From assembly GCA_010093815.1 (NCBI GenBank), contig ML996576.1: DNA of 64,000 nucleotides; one strand, written 5' to 3'. Both the position numbers and the translations under genes were made by a program. Positions 37,659-49,515 of the stretch are shown here, piece after piece. The notes beneath the pieces are model-generated. The model did not search any database. It was not told the origin of the DNA and saw nothing but the letters and a program-made list of their open reading frames with translations. The stretch comes from Pseudovirgaria hyperparasitica. Lineage: Eukaryota. Every line of letters begins with the position of its first letter. The stretch's first letter is position 1.

Positions 37659-37695
37659 CCCGCCCACCGCCCACCGCCCACCGTCTACCGCCCAC
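37659..37695. repeat. Short degenerate (CCGCCCA)n tandem repeat before a CT-rich tract
   Basis: ccgcccaccgcccaccgcccaccgtctaccgcccac; pyrimidine-rich tract follows at about 37740-37830. Confidence 0.7.
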
Positions 37696-38264
37696 TACAG
37701 CTCATCTGTGACATTGGGGAGCTTCCACCTTAATCCAATCACCACCACCATCACCTCATCCTTCTCTCCAATCTCTCCCACCTTCACCTCTGCCACGCTC
37801 TCCCTCACCTCTCTCACCTCTCTCACCACCACAACCTCGACAATCGCTTCAATCACCACATATTAACGCGTCATCTTACCTCGAGATAAGACTACTGTCC
37901 AAAAAAGAACACTATTACCGAACTGTCGGCCGTCGTAGTCCATCAACCGAAACCGAGCCCTCCACGTCTGGTTCACCTCAACCACCAAATTCGTCCCTCC
38001 AAGATCCGCGCACATTATCAGACGCATCGACGTCACGAATTCGGATTCTTACTCCTTTGCTTCCGCTGAGCACCGTCTGCGCAGTTCTATTAATGCAAGG
38101 CTCGCACCGCAGCTGAGCCTGTTCTTCTACCGCCACTTTATCGGTACGAGACGACAGCTGTCCGCACAGCCTCGTTCAAGGAAAAAGCCTCTGCCACGCG
38201 TTGTTACGCGTCTGGAACCGAACTCCCGTCCTTCCCGTCTCGCATCCACCGGAATCCGTTCAGA

Positions 38265-40553
38265 ATGAGTTGCAGCACAGGTCGGACTCGGAGTCCACTG
38301 TTCGACATTTACAAAGATGTAGATTTCGACCTCTGTCCTGGCCCTGAGGATTCTGCAATCTGCGAGCAGCTCGGTCCTCTCACTTCTCTCTCATACGAAC
38401 ATCAAAACATATTTGGATCGCCATGCAAGACCTTCAGAGCTGGCTCTCCTCACAAATCCTCGGATCATCCTTGGAGCTCGCCACGAGCGGAGAAGTTGAG
38501 CAGTGTCGACGTTAATGCTTTCCAGATAGCACCTCCAGATTACATCCGAGTAACAATGTCTCCAACAAAGAAGAACATGCCTCCTCCACGAAAGTGCTTG
38601 ACGCCCGTACGTCGAGCGAATACATTATCAGGTCATCAGGAGACTAGCCTTGCTGCCATATTTCCGCCTCTCCCCGGTCTGGTTGACCAAGAAAACGTCA
38701 GACCCACCTCGACCGACGCGATATTTAAATCAAAATTCGAAATTGTAATGGAGAAGAAGCCCATCGCACATAAAAGATCATTCACTGATGGCTCTGCCAA
38801 CCCGCGCAATGCTAAGAAGCAGAAGGTGCAAGAAGACGAAGGCCCAATCGAGGTTCCTGAGCCCGAAGACATGCCCGCCGTCAGTGATCCCGGTGGCAAG
38901 CCAGACTACAGCTATGCCAATTTGATCGGCATGTCTCTTCTTCGTGCCCCGGGTCGTCGCCTTACGCTCTCTCAGATCTACAAGTGGATTTCTGACAACT
39001 ACAGCTACTATTCTCCCACCGACTCTGGCTGGCAGAACAGCATCCGCCACAACCTCAGCCTCAACAAGAACTTCATCAAGCAGGACCGGCCAAAGGAAGA
39101 TCCTGGTAAAGGCCACTATTGGACTATCCAGCCAGGCCAGGAGCATGTTTTCCTCAAAGAAAAGCAGGTGAAACGCCCAGCTAGCATTTCGCTCCCAAGC
39201 AGCAATGCCCGGCCTTCAACTTCAAGCTCAGCGGTCGCTCCGCCGCCCGCCCCGCTTGCACTTCCGACAAAACACGTCGACGCAAGCAAGTTCCCAACCG
39301 AGCAAGATCTCTCGTCGGACGCCACCATCCCTTGTTCTGACCCCGCCATTCACGACGGTCACGACTTCCATGATACGATGCCTCCGCCATCGCGTGCACT
39401 TCAGTCATCACCGCCTCCTGCAGACATCCGATCCTCACCGCCAGCTCCGCCTTCGCGTCACTCAATCAGAGATGAATCGCCGCTCAGACTGCCGCCTCCC
39501 CTGTCCAGTCAAGGTCGCGTGGGCACGCAGAAGCGCAAATGTGGCACACTTGGTGACAGTGGCTACTATTCTTCAATTGAGTCGTCGGCTGCCAAACAAA
39601 GGCTTCCGCAATGGCCACTCACATCAGAAGGCGAATACGACCTGCCTCCTCGCTCGCTGAAGCAGGGCCGAGCCGAATTAGAGATTGCTCGCATTCGGAG
39701 CTCTTCTCACGACAGTCCTCGAAAGCCTGCACTACTCAAGAAATCTCTCACCTTTGACTGGTCTTCTCCATTCCGTCCGTTCGATAAACACATCAAGCGT
39801 GGTGCCCCACTCACTCCGCCCGTCATCTTCAAGCGGCCAGCAATCCCTCCAGCCTCTGCTTCTCCAAATACCAACCTCGCCAACCACCGACATCGCATTG
39901 CTGCAATGCAATGCTCACCGGAACACGTCAAGCTCTTTCAAGACATTGCTGTAGCGTCACCGTCCGAGAACTTTACACTTTACGAAGACCATGCCAGCTT
40001 TGATGCTGCGTTTGACGTCTTTAACCAGGATGACTTCTCTACCACTTTCGCTGCTCGAGGATCTCCCGAGAAGCGATCCGTAAAGCGACCCAGGCTCTTT
40101 GAACGCGCCACAACCTCAACCGGACCCCTCGCCACAATCACCGGATCCAAGGCCAATCTCCACTTGCTGTCCAGCCCAAACATAATGTCAAGCCCAAGCA
40201 AGTTTCTCCAAGATCCTGATGAGCTTGCCGATCCACACTTCTTTGACACACCAAAGGTACTCAAGCCAGCTCCACGTTTGACTTCGGCGTCAAAAGGGTC
40301 CATCTCATTTTCCCCTCTCTCTTCCAGCAAGGAAAACCTGTTCAGGAGTACCAAGAAGTACAACCGTGCCGCAGACCTCGGAGATGATCTCGCAATGTTC
40401 CCTGACCTCGCCAGTGACGGCTCCGAGGAAGGCTGCGATATCATGCAAGGCTTCCAGAAGATTGGCGCCCGTCCTATGTGTGTTGCTGCCAATGGCAGCC
40501 CTGTGAAGGGTCCAAGACCTACTTTTGGACGTTCCACTACCCCTATGTTCTAA
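38265..40553 (+). CDS. Forkhead transcription factor, Sep1/Hcm1 type
   Basis: Intronless 762 aa. Forkhead domain [10 protein letters not shown]...[10 protein letters not shown]...[18 protein letters not shown]...GKGHYW. No FHA domain; many S/T-P sites. Confidence 0.9.
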   Translation: MSCSTGRTRSPLFDIYKDVDFDLCPGPEDSAICEQLGPLTSLSYEHQNIFGSPCKTFRAGSPHKSSDHPWSSPRAEKLSSVDVNAFQIAPPDYIRVTMSPTKKNMPPPRKCLTPVRRANTLSGHQETSLAAIFPPLPGLVDQENVRPTSTDAIFKSKFEIVMEKKPIAHKRSFTDGSANPRNAKKQKVQEDEGPIEVPEPEDMPAVSDPGGKPDYSYANLIGMSLLRAPGRRLTLSQIYKWISDNYSYYSPTDSGWQNSIRHNLSLNKNFIKQDRPKEDPGKGHYWTIQPGQEHVFLKEKQVKRPASISLPSSNARPSTSSSAVAPPPAPLALPTKHVDASKFPTEQDLSSDATIPCSDPAIHDGHDFHDTMPPPSRALQSSPPPADIRSSPPAPPSRHSIRDESPLRLPPPLSSQGRVGTQKRKCGTLGDSGYYSSIESSAAKQRLPQWPLTSEGEYDLPPRSLKQGRAELEIARIRSSSHDSPRKPALLKKSLTFDWSSPFRPFDKHIKRGAPLTPPVIFKRPAIPPASASPNTNLANHRHRIAAMQCSPEHVKLFQDIAVASPSENFTLYEDHASFDAAFDVFNQDDFSTTFAARGSPEKRSVKRPRLFERATTSTGPLATITGSKANLHLLSSPNIMSSPSKFLQDPDELADPHFFDTPKVLKPAPRLTSASKGSISFSPLSSSKENLFRSTKKYNRAADLGDDLAMFPDLASDGSEEGCDIMQGFQKIGARPMCVAANGSPVKGPRPTFGRSTTPMF

Positions 40554-41718
40554 ATTCTCTACACACTTCCCCATTTTGCGGACAGAACGCAAACTCATCC
40601 TGAGCTCTTTCAAGCCGTACTTCACCGCAACGTTGGATGGCAGTCGTGTGGCCACCAGTGGCATGTAACCTGTTATTTTTCAGACTTACCCGCTGACTGT
40701 ATCTATCGACACCGTCCACATCGGAGGCCCTCTCCTATTTCCTTTACCAACAACCTCTTCTCATCACGACGTCACGAAGATGATACCCCGATCGATAGCT
40801 ACTGGAGCTTCTCGATCATCCATTGAGCGCATTGCGCCACACGCCTCCTACCTAGTCATTACTTGGACTGGGAGCTTGGCTAAGCAACCTAAATTGCTAT
40901 TTCAAAACCCAACACTGCACTTGATTTTACGGCCGTATGCAAACCCCGATTCACGTTTATACGTAATAATGATTTCTTTTGATTTCGTCCTCTGTCTGTT
41001 TGGCGTTTTAGTGTCTGGAAGCGAAGGCGCTTGGCGCTCAGTTGTGAGCTGGCCAGAGTAGAGGAATGCCTCGATATGGTACGGAGTTGGATGCAATACC
41101 TGGTCACTTTTTTTGTTTAGTCTCTGCAACACGTCCGTTTGCATACTGTTTGAGCTGTCTATGGGTACAGCGCTTGGTCATTCTGGTTTATGCAGTCAGT
41201 TACACGCATCTTGCTGATGCAGCGCGATGCGCAGAGTTGGTACTCACAACTACATGCCCTTTAGTGGGGTTTAATGAAACAACCACATTTACGAGCACAT
41301 ATTTTTTCTGCAATACAGTGATTATTCGCTCACAGATTCGTTTACTGATTCATCTCAGCTGTGATGCCCGACTGCTGCATAGCAGAGCCTGCACAACGGT
41401 TCAAAACTGGATATAAAAAGATTGACGCGTTCTGGTAAGCTCGCTCACTCACTCTCTTCTCATTGGCCCGCTCGCTGCTCAAAACAGCAATATCAAAACG
41501 CGCTATCGTGGCTCGTCTAGCCTGCCAACGTTGGGCGCTCGGACCCCTTGTTATTGGCATCGACACACTACGTATATATCAGCACAGCATACCCATACCC
41601 ACACCTCTACCTTTTTTTTCCCCAAATTCCCAAACCAAGAAAACCTCAACCCAAAATCAAAGGAAAGAAACATGACATGAATAAAATATAAAAATAAAAA
41701 ATAAAAATAAGATAAACC

Positions 41719-42276
41719 ATGGCGCCAACACCATCACAGAATCTCACCAAAGGAACAGCAGCAGCAGCGAAACCACAACTCCCAATACCCCAATCTCCAC
41801 TTGATATCCTGACCCAAACACACACCTACCTCCGTCGCTACACATTCCACTTCCGCAACGGCGACAGACACACCCTCTCCTTCCGCCACGCCCAAATGCT
41901 GCGCCGACAGCTTGCCCATCTACTTGCTGAGTGGACTGACGATGATTCTGTCGGTGCTGGTGGGCAGCAGCAGCAGCAGCAGCAGCAGCAGCGGGTATCA
42001 CGTGCAAATAGTGCAGCAGGGACCGGTGCCGGGGGACCAAAAGCCAGGGCGCGCATCCGGATGTGGCAGGAGCGTGGCCTGGTAGAGACGTGGTGGACGG
42101 CGTTTACGCAGTTGGCGCGGCATTCGAATGTGGCAAAGGGGGTGTTTCTGATTGCGGTTTTGGCGGAGGTGGGGGGTGTTGTTGGGTGGGAAGGGGGAGG
42201 AGGGGAGGTGGATGGACGGGAGGATTTGGGGGAAGGTGTGGGGGTGAGGGATGCAGGTGCGCGGTTGGGAATTTGA
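41719..42276 (+). CDS. Probable divergent RNase MRP subunit Rmp1-like protein
   Basis: 185 aa, good start context. Layout resembles fungal Rmp1: N-terminal helix with basic/His segment, LRRQLAHLL, then R..W....V..WW.AFTQL....AKGVFLIAVLAEV. Poly-Q linker. Confidence 0.55.
   Translation: MAPTPSQNLTKGTAAAAKPQLPIPQSPLDILTQTHTYLRRYTFHFRNGDRHTLSFRHAQMLRRQLAHLLAEWTDDDSVGAGGQQQQQQQQQRVSRANSAAGTGAGGPKARARIRMWQERGLVETWWTAFTQLARHSNVAKGVFLIAVLAEVGGVVGWEGGGGEVDGREDLGEGVGVRDAGARLGI
41965..41991 (+). repeat. (CAG)9 coding microsatellite (poly-Gln)
   Basis: Nine perfect CAG codons inside ORF 41719-42276. Confidence 0.95.
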
Positions 42277-42382
42277 AAGGGTGTGATGATTGAGAAAAGG
42301 GGGGTTAATGGATGGTTGGTTGGGAAGCAGGATAATGACGACGACGACGACGATGCACATACGGTTGCCATAGTCTACACGT

Positions 42383-45300
42383 CTATACACACCAGAACAA
42401 CCCGCCAAGACCGACATTGACAACCACCTGCCACACCGTGCCCCACGCCATCGCATACAGGTACTTTGGACTAAACACCGTCCAGACAAACAGATGCGTG
42501 CGCAGCACCGTACACGCCACCATGACAGCAGCCAGACTGGTTGCTGAAAACAGCGTCAGGCACGCCACATGCCCGAACCACCTCCCATCATCACCCACTT
42601 CTTCTTCCTTTGCCGCACCCGGCTTTACCGACGCAGCAAGACGCTTGCGTTCTCGCATCACCCATTCCTTTTCTGTCTGCGCGTCTTTCTGGGCATTTGA
42701 TTTCGCGGATTCGGGGGTGATGAGGCTTGTGGATGATGATGAAGTCTTGAGAAGTTGAACGCCGGCGGCGCACCACCAGATTGGCCCGGCCCAGTTTCCG
42801 GCAAAGACGAGGATGCCGACAGCGAGGATGTTGTAGCCAGACACGCCGTTGTAGGCGTTTGAGAGGTCGATGCTGGAGATTGCATTGGAGTTGCCGAGGG
42901 CGAAGAAGGAGACGTGTGTCATGAGTAGGGTTGTGAGTGTTGTTTGGAGCGGTGTTAGAGGGTGCGTTGCTGGGTGCTTGTTAGAGACTAATAGCGAAAT
43001 GAGAAGCACAGGGAGATCCGTACAAAGTGCGTGGTGCATGACGCGGAATAGCAGAAAGAGCGGGATGTTGGTTGTCTTTGTTTGCGTGAGGATGAAGACG
43101 TTGAGGAGTTCGAACAGCCCGGATGAGAGGCGCGAAACTGGTTTCATACGCGTTAGCTGGCACGACGCGCCCTTCAATCTCAAAATCAACGTACCCTCTG
43201 GTTCCTCCTCATCCCTCCCCTGGCTACGCCGTACTCGCGCCGCGACAACCATATAAAGCAAACCCAAACCAAGCGCACTAAAAACCAACCTCGCAAGAAG
43301 AACGATCGGCAACTGCTCGAGAAAGCCCCTCAAGTCACTGAACAGAAGCCCGTCTAGCGACTCGGGCGCATCGCGCGCCGTAAACGCGGCCTTGAATACA
43401 AACGCCAGAAACCCAATCGACACACTCGCACTGATCCCAAAGAACAGCTCTTCCGCCATCGGGCCATCCGCAGACGTCGACCGCGGCGCAAAGTGCGGCA
43501 TGAGCATCAGCGTAGCAAGCAAGTACGTCAGTCCCACAAGCGACCACAGCACAATCGGCATGGTCAGGAACGACGAATGCGCAATGTCTGGCGCGCCGGC
43601 ATGTTTCTGACCGGTCTGGTTATACCGTCTCGCAATTCTTAGGACGGCGAGAGCGAGTATCTCGGGGCTTGTGAAGGAAGACAAGAGGGAAGTGCCGGTG
43701 CGGAGGCTGCGGATCCAAAGATAGAGGAGGAAGAAGGATGCGGTCCAGTACCAGATGTGCTGTTCTTCCTCGACGAAGCTGGATGCGAACATCATGATGC
43801 CGTAGATGAGGAGGAGGATCGTGTAGAAGGCTCCGCTGGGGGATACTGAGCGGATGGGGAGGAGCGCTGCGAGGGCTAGGATTGCGGCGAGGGAGGAGAC
43901 GACGACGCCGATGATCAGTTTTGGGATGTCGTAGGCGCTTGCGGTACTGCTCATGGTTGATTGCGCTGCCGTGACGAACTGCAATAATCGTTAATATTAT
44001 ATATCCACCTGGTATCTTTGGCTGAGCATGCGCTTACGTCTGTGAGAGCGGGCATGATCTCGGATGCTCGAGGTCGAAAACTGCCTGCTGCATGGAATAT
44101 AGTGGTGCACGTCCTCCATTTACACGCGAGCTCCTCCGCGCCAGACGACGGGGAAGAGCAGTCAAGTGCAGAAAAGGGGTTGCTGAAAGCTTCATGTGGG
44201 AACGTCGCTTTGACGATGTCGAGAATCTGCATTGCGTTTCTCAGCAGCAGCTGAGCGCGATCGTTTTCTAGCTATGGAGTCAGCGCGAATCTCGTGTCTC
44301 GAAATTGCGTCATACCGTTCTCCCAGAACTCGAAGAACTCCGGGATGAAAACGCCGAGATTGTTCTGCGGTACTGGGAAGCCTAGAAGACCAGCCAAAGT
44401 TGGCGCTATATCGGATTGCTCCACTGTCCGGTAGTAATTATAGTCGTCTTTAGGGGTTGTCGGGCACTTGTAGCCTTTGGTTATCTTCTTCATCTTGGGT
44501 GAGATGAAGACAAGGGCTGGCGACGTCTCGCCTGGCGCAGATCCGCCGTGATTTCCCCCTTCATTCATGCCATGATCGCCCAAGAGAACAAACAGGGTTG
44601 ACTCGAGATGGGGTCTCTTGTCAATGGCATTGTATATCTTGTTCACGATGCCGTCCATCTCTTTTTGCTTGGGAATCATATTAGGTCTGGCAAAGTCAGT
44701 AGGAGCCAAAGTCATGTGTCAGTGGTATGCACCCAAGCGGACCAGTCTTATGCCCAATATGGTCCAATCCAAGATAATGCATGATCATTCCTGTCCAATC
44801 ACTCTGGTCAGACCTCAATTCTCCGGGCACATGTCTCGTCACATTATTGTCGACCTCCGTGAAATCCTAACTCTCATTTTCAGCTCCATAATCCTACGTA
44901 CATGGAAAGTATTGGATCCACTGACCGATACAAAGAAACTTGACGTTCCATCTTCTCTATCAAAGAAACCGGGGAACAGTCTCAGCCACGTATCGTCTCC
45001 GTACATAACGAGCTTGCCGTCTGGTTTTGCTTTCATTTGCGCCAACCATGTATCTTGGTTGGCCAGTGTGGATGAGTCGTCAGACTCTGCAAAGTTCATT
45101 ATTACATCGAGGAAAGAAGGAATTGACCCGGTGGTTATGGCCTTTACGCGGGGCATGGTAATCGTGGGAGAGCTGGCATGGGCTGTGAAGGGTATGGCAT
45201 TGCCAGAACGTATCAAGCTGGGAGTCGTTAGCATTCGAAGAGTAGGATAGGTCATTTAGATGTACCTCTGTGTAAATTTAAAGCCAGAGTTCTCAGAGTA

Positions 45301-45558
45301 TACAAAATCACTGCATTACTTAGCATTTTTTGCTCTCAACTTGACAATATCATCGGACCTTCGGAGTGCATCTACAACCATGAAGACGACCTTGTCAAAA
45401 GGCGCCTTGGGTGGATCCCCATATTCTAACTGCCTATATGTCGCCAGTCCTGGCAGAACAGCTTTGTAAGGGAAGAAGCCAACAGCGAATGTCAGGACGG
45501 CTGCGGGAATGAGTAAGTTTGCGATTATTAGAAGGGCTTTCTGCGTCTGGCATGCCAT
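42383..45558 (-). CDS. GPI7: GPI ethanolamine phosphate transferase 2 (PIG-G/Las21)
   Basis: Multi-exon. GFFPYK, FMVVDALR, PTITMPRVKAITTG, YGDDTW, HYLGLDHIGH, GDHGMNEGGNHGG, GNSNAISSIDLSNAYNG, RTHLFVWTVFSPKYLY. Confidence 0.93.
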
Positions 45559-45861
45559 CCTGGTGACAGTAGGGCCCGACGGGCAAATAAGCTCGCCAAA
45601 ACAGGAACTTATTATTTACAGTACAAGAAAGAGAAGATATGGAGCATCGCGTGAGTGCCAATTGATGTCTGAGTATTTGAGTTGAGAACACTGATCACCT
45701 CCGAGAGTAGCGGGCAGGAAAGCCAGCGCACGGACTTCAAGAAAGCGCGTCGGCGCGTCGGACTAACTTCAACTTGGACTTCTGGGCGCAAGTTAAGTGT
45801 ACTGAGAAAGCATATCACAAACACTCTTTGTCGACAGGAGATAGAGGCAGTGATTGCCAAC

Positions 45862-47562
45862 ATGAAAAGAAGGAGAACAGACGATCATGATGCAACGCCG
45901 AAATCCACCCCAAAGAAAGCACGCTCATCGCCTCCATCAGAATCCGAAGACGAGATTCAGGAAGCTGTTACACCCAGTCGCCGAAGTCAAGCGAAGCGGT
46001 CATTGGCAAAGGATATGCATATGAGGAGCAATGGAATCGCCAATGGTACCGAGCCCGTTGCGTCGACACCAAAATCGGCAAAGAAGGTCCTGTTCGCAAC
46101 TCCTACAAAAGCGTCAGAGCTCAAGCGGCTAAATGGAACACCGACAATAGAACGCAATGCAGACCGCTCAGCCCGACGAAAGAGCGCACGCCGTCTAATT
46201 GAACGCGAGTTGAACCCGGAAGACAGCGAAAAAGAGATTTCAGACGAGGAGGACCAACTCGCTGCCGAGATCTTGGGCGAAGAGGAGGACGATGAGGATG
46301 CAGATCCAGATGGTTCTCCGGCCCCTGAGACACCCTCCAAGACAGGACGTGGGAGGGCACGAAGCCAGAGAAAGAGAAAAGAACGATCGCCTACACCACC
46401 TCTGAACCTCCCTCCACATGAACAATACTTCTGGCAGAACAGACCTGGGGCGAACAAGACGTCTAGTAATACCCTTGTCGGGCAGAAGATTCTTGATCAC
46501 GAGGAATATTTCCATGCTTTGAAAGACTATCAGGACCATCATGAGCCAGAGAAAGAATTCCTCTTAGAACTACATGCCCGAGCATTTGATCAATGGATCT
46601 TTGAGCTTGCCGAGGGTTTTAATGTCTGTCTCTACGGCTATGGATCTAAAACCACGCTCGTCGACAACTTTGCATCACACCTCTACGACCATCTCGCAGC
46701 CACCTCCAAAGCTAAAACATCTCCCAAAATACTCATAGTAAACGGCAGCAACCCAACCCTATCCCTCCGCGAGATACTCTCCTCAATCGCAACGACATTC
46801 CTCCCCAAATCCGCCATCCAAAAACTCCCAACTCAGCCCCAAGCTCTTCTCTCCCACATCCTAACAACTCTCTCAATCAACCCTCCCTCAAAGCCAAAGC
46901 ATATCCTCCTGAACACTATCGACTCCCCCTCTCTCCGCCGTGCCCCGGCGCCAGCCCTCCTTGCCGCCCTTGCTGCATCGCCACACATATCCCTCCTCGC
47001 GACCGCTGACACGCCAAACTTTCCCATCCTCTGGGATACATCCCTGCGCGCCCAATACCGCTTCCTCTTCCACGACGCAACCACCTTCGCACCCTACACC
47101 TCCGAAATAAGCGTCGTTGACGATGTAAACATCCTCCTCGGCCGTACGGGCCGCAAAGTGCAAGGCAAAGACGGTGTATCTTGGGTGCTCCGCTCCCTAC
47201 CGCAAAACGCACGCGCATTGTTCCTGATCCTCATCTCTGAGCAACTCGCAGTCATGTTCGAGAATGGGGATGATGGGGACGAGGAGATGGAGGCTGTGGG
47301 ACAGGCGATTACGCCGCAGAAGAGAGAGCGGAAGGAGGTGAGGAGGGCAGACGAAGGAGTGGAGTATCGAGTGCTGTATCATAAAGCGGTGGAGGCATTT
47401 ATTTGTAGCAGTGAAGTCGCGTTCCGCACGCTGCTGAAGGAGTTTCACGATCATCAGATGGTGGAGAGCAGGAAGGACGGGGTGGGAACCGAGAGGTTGG
47501 TTGTACCGTTTAGGAGGGAGGAGCTGGAAGGTTTGGTAGAAGAGTTGGCTGCTGAGGAGTAA
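45862..47562 (+). CDS. ORC2: Origin recognition complex subunit 2
   Basis: True start is likely ATG 45862 (MKRRRTDD). QWIFELAEGFNVCLYGYGSK, HDATTFAPY, SLPQNAR.LF, FRTLLKEFHDHQM. Confidence 0.93.
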   Translation: MKRRRTDDHDATPKSTPKKARSSPPSESEDEIQEAVTPSRRSQAKRSLAKDMHMRSNGIANGTEPVASTPKSAKKVLFATPTKASELKRLNGTPTIERNADRSARRKSARRLIERELNPEDSEKEISDEEDQLAAEILGEEEDDEDADPDGSPAPETPSKTGRGRARSQRKRKERSPTPPLNLPPHEQYFWQNRPGANKTSSNTLVGQKILDHEEYFHALKDYQDHHEPEKEFLLELHARAFDQWIFELAEGFNVCLYGYGSKTTLVDNFASHLYDHLAATSKAKTSPKILIVNGSNPTLSLREILSSIATTFLPKSAIQKLPTQPQALLSHILTTLSINPPSKPKHILLNTIDSPSLRRAPAPALLAALAASPHISLLATADTPNFPILWDTSLRAQYRFLFHDATTFAPYTSEISVVDDVNILLGRTGRKVQGKDGVSWVLRSLPQNARALFLILISEQLAVMFENGDDGDEEMEAVGQAITPQKRERKEVRRADEGVEYRVLYHKAVEAFICSSEVAFRTLLKEFHDHQMVESRKDGVGTERLVVPFRREELEGLVEELAAEE

Positions 47563-47581
47563 GAGTTGGCTGCTGAGGAGT
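47540..47581 (+). repeat. Perfect 21-nt tandem duplication spanning the ORC2 stop codon
   Basis: AAGAGTTGGCTGCTGAGGAGT twice (47540-47560 and 47561-47581). Confidence 0.9.
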
Positions 47582-47744
47582 GAGAGGACTTCTGGTAAGG
47601 TGTTGAATACCCGGATCTATGATTTTTGTTTTTGCTACTGTTGCATCTGTAGGCGCTTTTTTTCACTGCATCCATAAACGATACCAAAATGCATCACGTC
47701 GCGCCGGACGCCTCAACCGTGGAATATGCGTTTCACCCACCCTC

Positions 47745-48821
47745 CTACCATCCACGCTTAGCATACTTGTCCTCTTCTTTCATGCTTGCGCAATTGATTC
47801 CCACCATCGCCTCTCCTAGGTTCTCACTGACCTCCGCCAGCTTCAGCGGGTCGTTGTAATGCGTCACTGCCTGTACAATCGCCTTCGCTCTCTTGCGCGC
47901 ATCCCCACTCTTGAAGATGCCACTCCCAACAAACACCCCGTCGCATCCAAGCTGCATCATCAACGCCGCATCTGCGGGCGTCGCCACTCCGCCCGCCGCG
48001 AAGTTCACCACAGGCAATCTCTTCAGCCGCGCGGTCTCCTTTAGCAGTTCGTACGGGGCCTGAATGTCCTTAGCCAGCACGCGTAATTCCATGTCGGACA
48101 GGTTGGCGGCCTTTGCGATCTCGCTGTTGACGGTGCGCATGTGTTTGACGGCCTCGACGACGTCGCCGGTGCCGGCCTCGCCTTTAGTGCGGATCATGGC
48201 AGCACCCTCGCTGATGCGGCGCAGAGCTTCGCCAAGGTTGCGGCAGCCGCAAACGAAGGGGACTTTGAAGGGGTGTTTCTCAACGTGGTGGATGTGGTCG
48301 GCAGGGGTGAGGACTTCGGATTCGTCAATGTAATCGACGCCGATTGCTTCGAGGATCTTGATGTATGGTCAATTGTGGTTTTCTGCGTATTGCAATAGGG
48401 AATTGTGGTCGTCGGATGGGTAGAGTGGGAGGATCTGGTACCTGGCACTCGACAAAGTGTCCTATCCGTGCCTTCGCCATCACGGGAATGGTGACTGCCT
48501 CCATGATCTCCTTGATCATCTGCGGGTCCGACATGCGTGCTACGCCGCCGTTGGCGCGGATGTCTGCTGGGACGCGCTCGAGGGCCATGACGGCTGATGC
48601 ACCGGCTTCCTCTGCGATGCGGGCCTGTAGAAGCAGATAGATGTCAGTAACATGTGCCGAAAGAGTTGAGAAGATGTAAGAGAACGACTGACCTGCTCAG
48701 CATTCACGACATCCATGATAACACCACCCTTCAACATGCGTGCCAGCCCCGCCTTGACGGCGAAATTGGACTCGCCATCGTGAGCACCGTTGCCATTGGA
48801 GGTGGGGAGTTCAGTAGCCAT
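47745..48821 (-). CDS. PDX1: Pyridoxal 5'-phosphate synthase subunit Pdx1/Snz1 (PyroA)
   Basis: [68 protein letters not shown]; two introns. Confidence 0.97.
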
Positions 48822-48886
48822 TCTGTATAGATCAATAGGATTGAATAGTTGCAATGTAAGGTATGTACAGAGAAACGGAGAGGAAT

Positions 48887-49251
48887 TGAGTCAAGTGGAC
48901 GAGGTGTCAGAGCACAGGGCACGATTCGCAGATGGACGAGTCATCATTTACGGTCGGCTTGTATCGGGCTTGTTAATCATATTTTTTTTCTTTTTAGACT
49001 GCTCAGACTGCCCACCTGTACTGGCGAATGGGTGTGCGAGACCGGAAGAGGGGCTGGAACCTCAGGCACTCTGCCGCTGCCCCTCCCCCGCATTCGGGCC
49101 GGAGTTTGCGCGCGTTGTACTGATACTGCAGGGAGATGCACGTAAAGAGGCTCTGCTGCAACACCAACACGCCCATACATACATTCCACCAGTCTATCGC
49201 CATTAGCTGAGCTTGATGATCCTTCGCTCATCGGCATGACAAAATGACTCA
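48887..49251. promoter_or_regulatory. Three Gcn4/CpcA-type TGACTC(A) sites upstream of PDX1
   Basis: TGAGTCA 48887-48893, GAGTCAT 48938-48944, TGACTCA 49245-49251. Confidence 0.55.
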
Positions 49252-49515
49252 GCGTCATGCAGCTCCCATATGAAGCTTCGATTGGCTACGAAGTGACACC
49301 TTGGCACGTATTTTAGACCAGGGAACGAAAGGCATCACTTCGAAGATATCACAGAGAGGATTATATCGTTGCCATTGATCCGATCTGTTTTCTGGTCGAT
49401 ATACGTGCTAACTGTATATCAGTACTGTTACCAGACCAACTGCTATTTAATCCTCTGAACGCCTGCATCCTAGACAGCTCGACTTTACTTCAGATCTCAG
49501 ACCAAATCCCAACAA

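Noticed and set aside
45682..45861. N-terminal extensions given by the ORF track (ORC2; likewise SDR 56244-56471 and esterase 3261-3290)
   Set aside because: They use non-ATG or poorly supported starts; family similarity begins at the downstream ATG.
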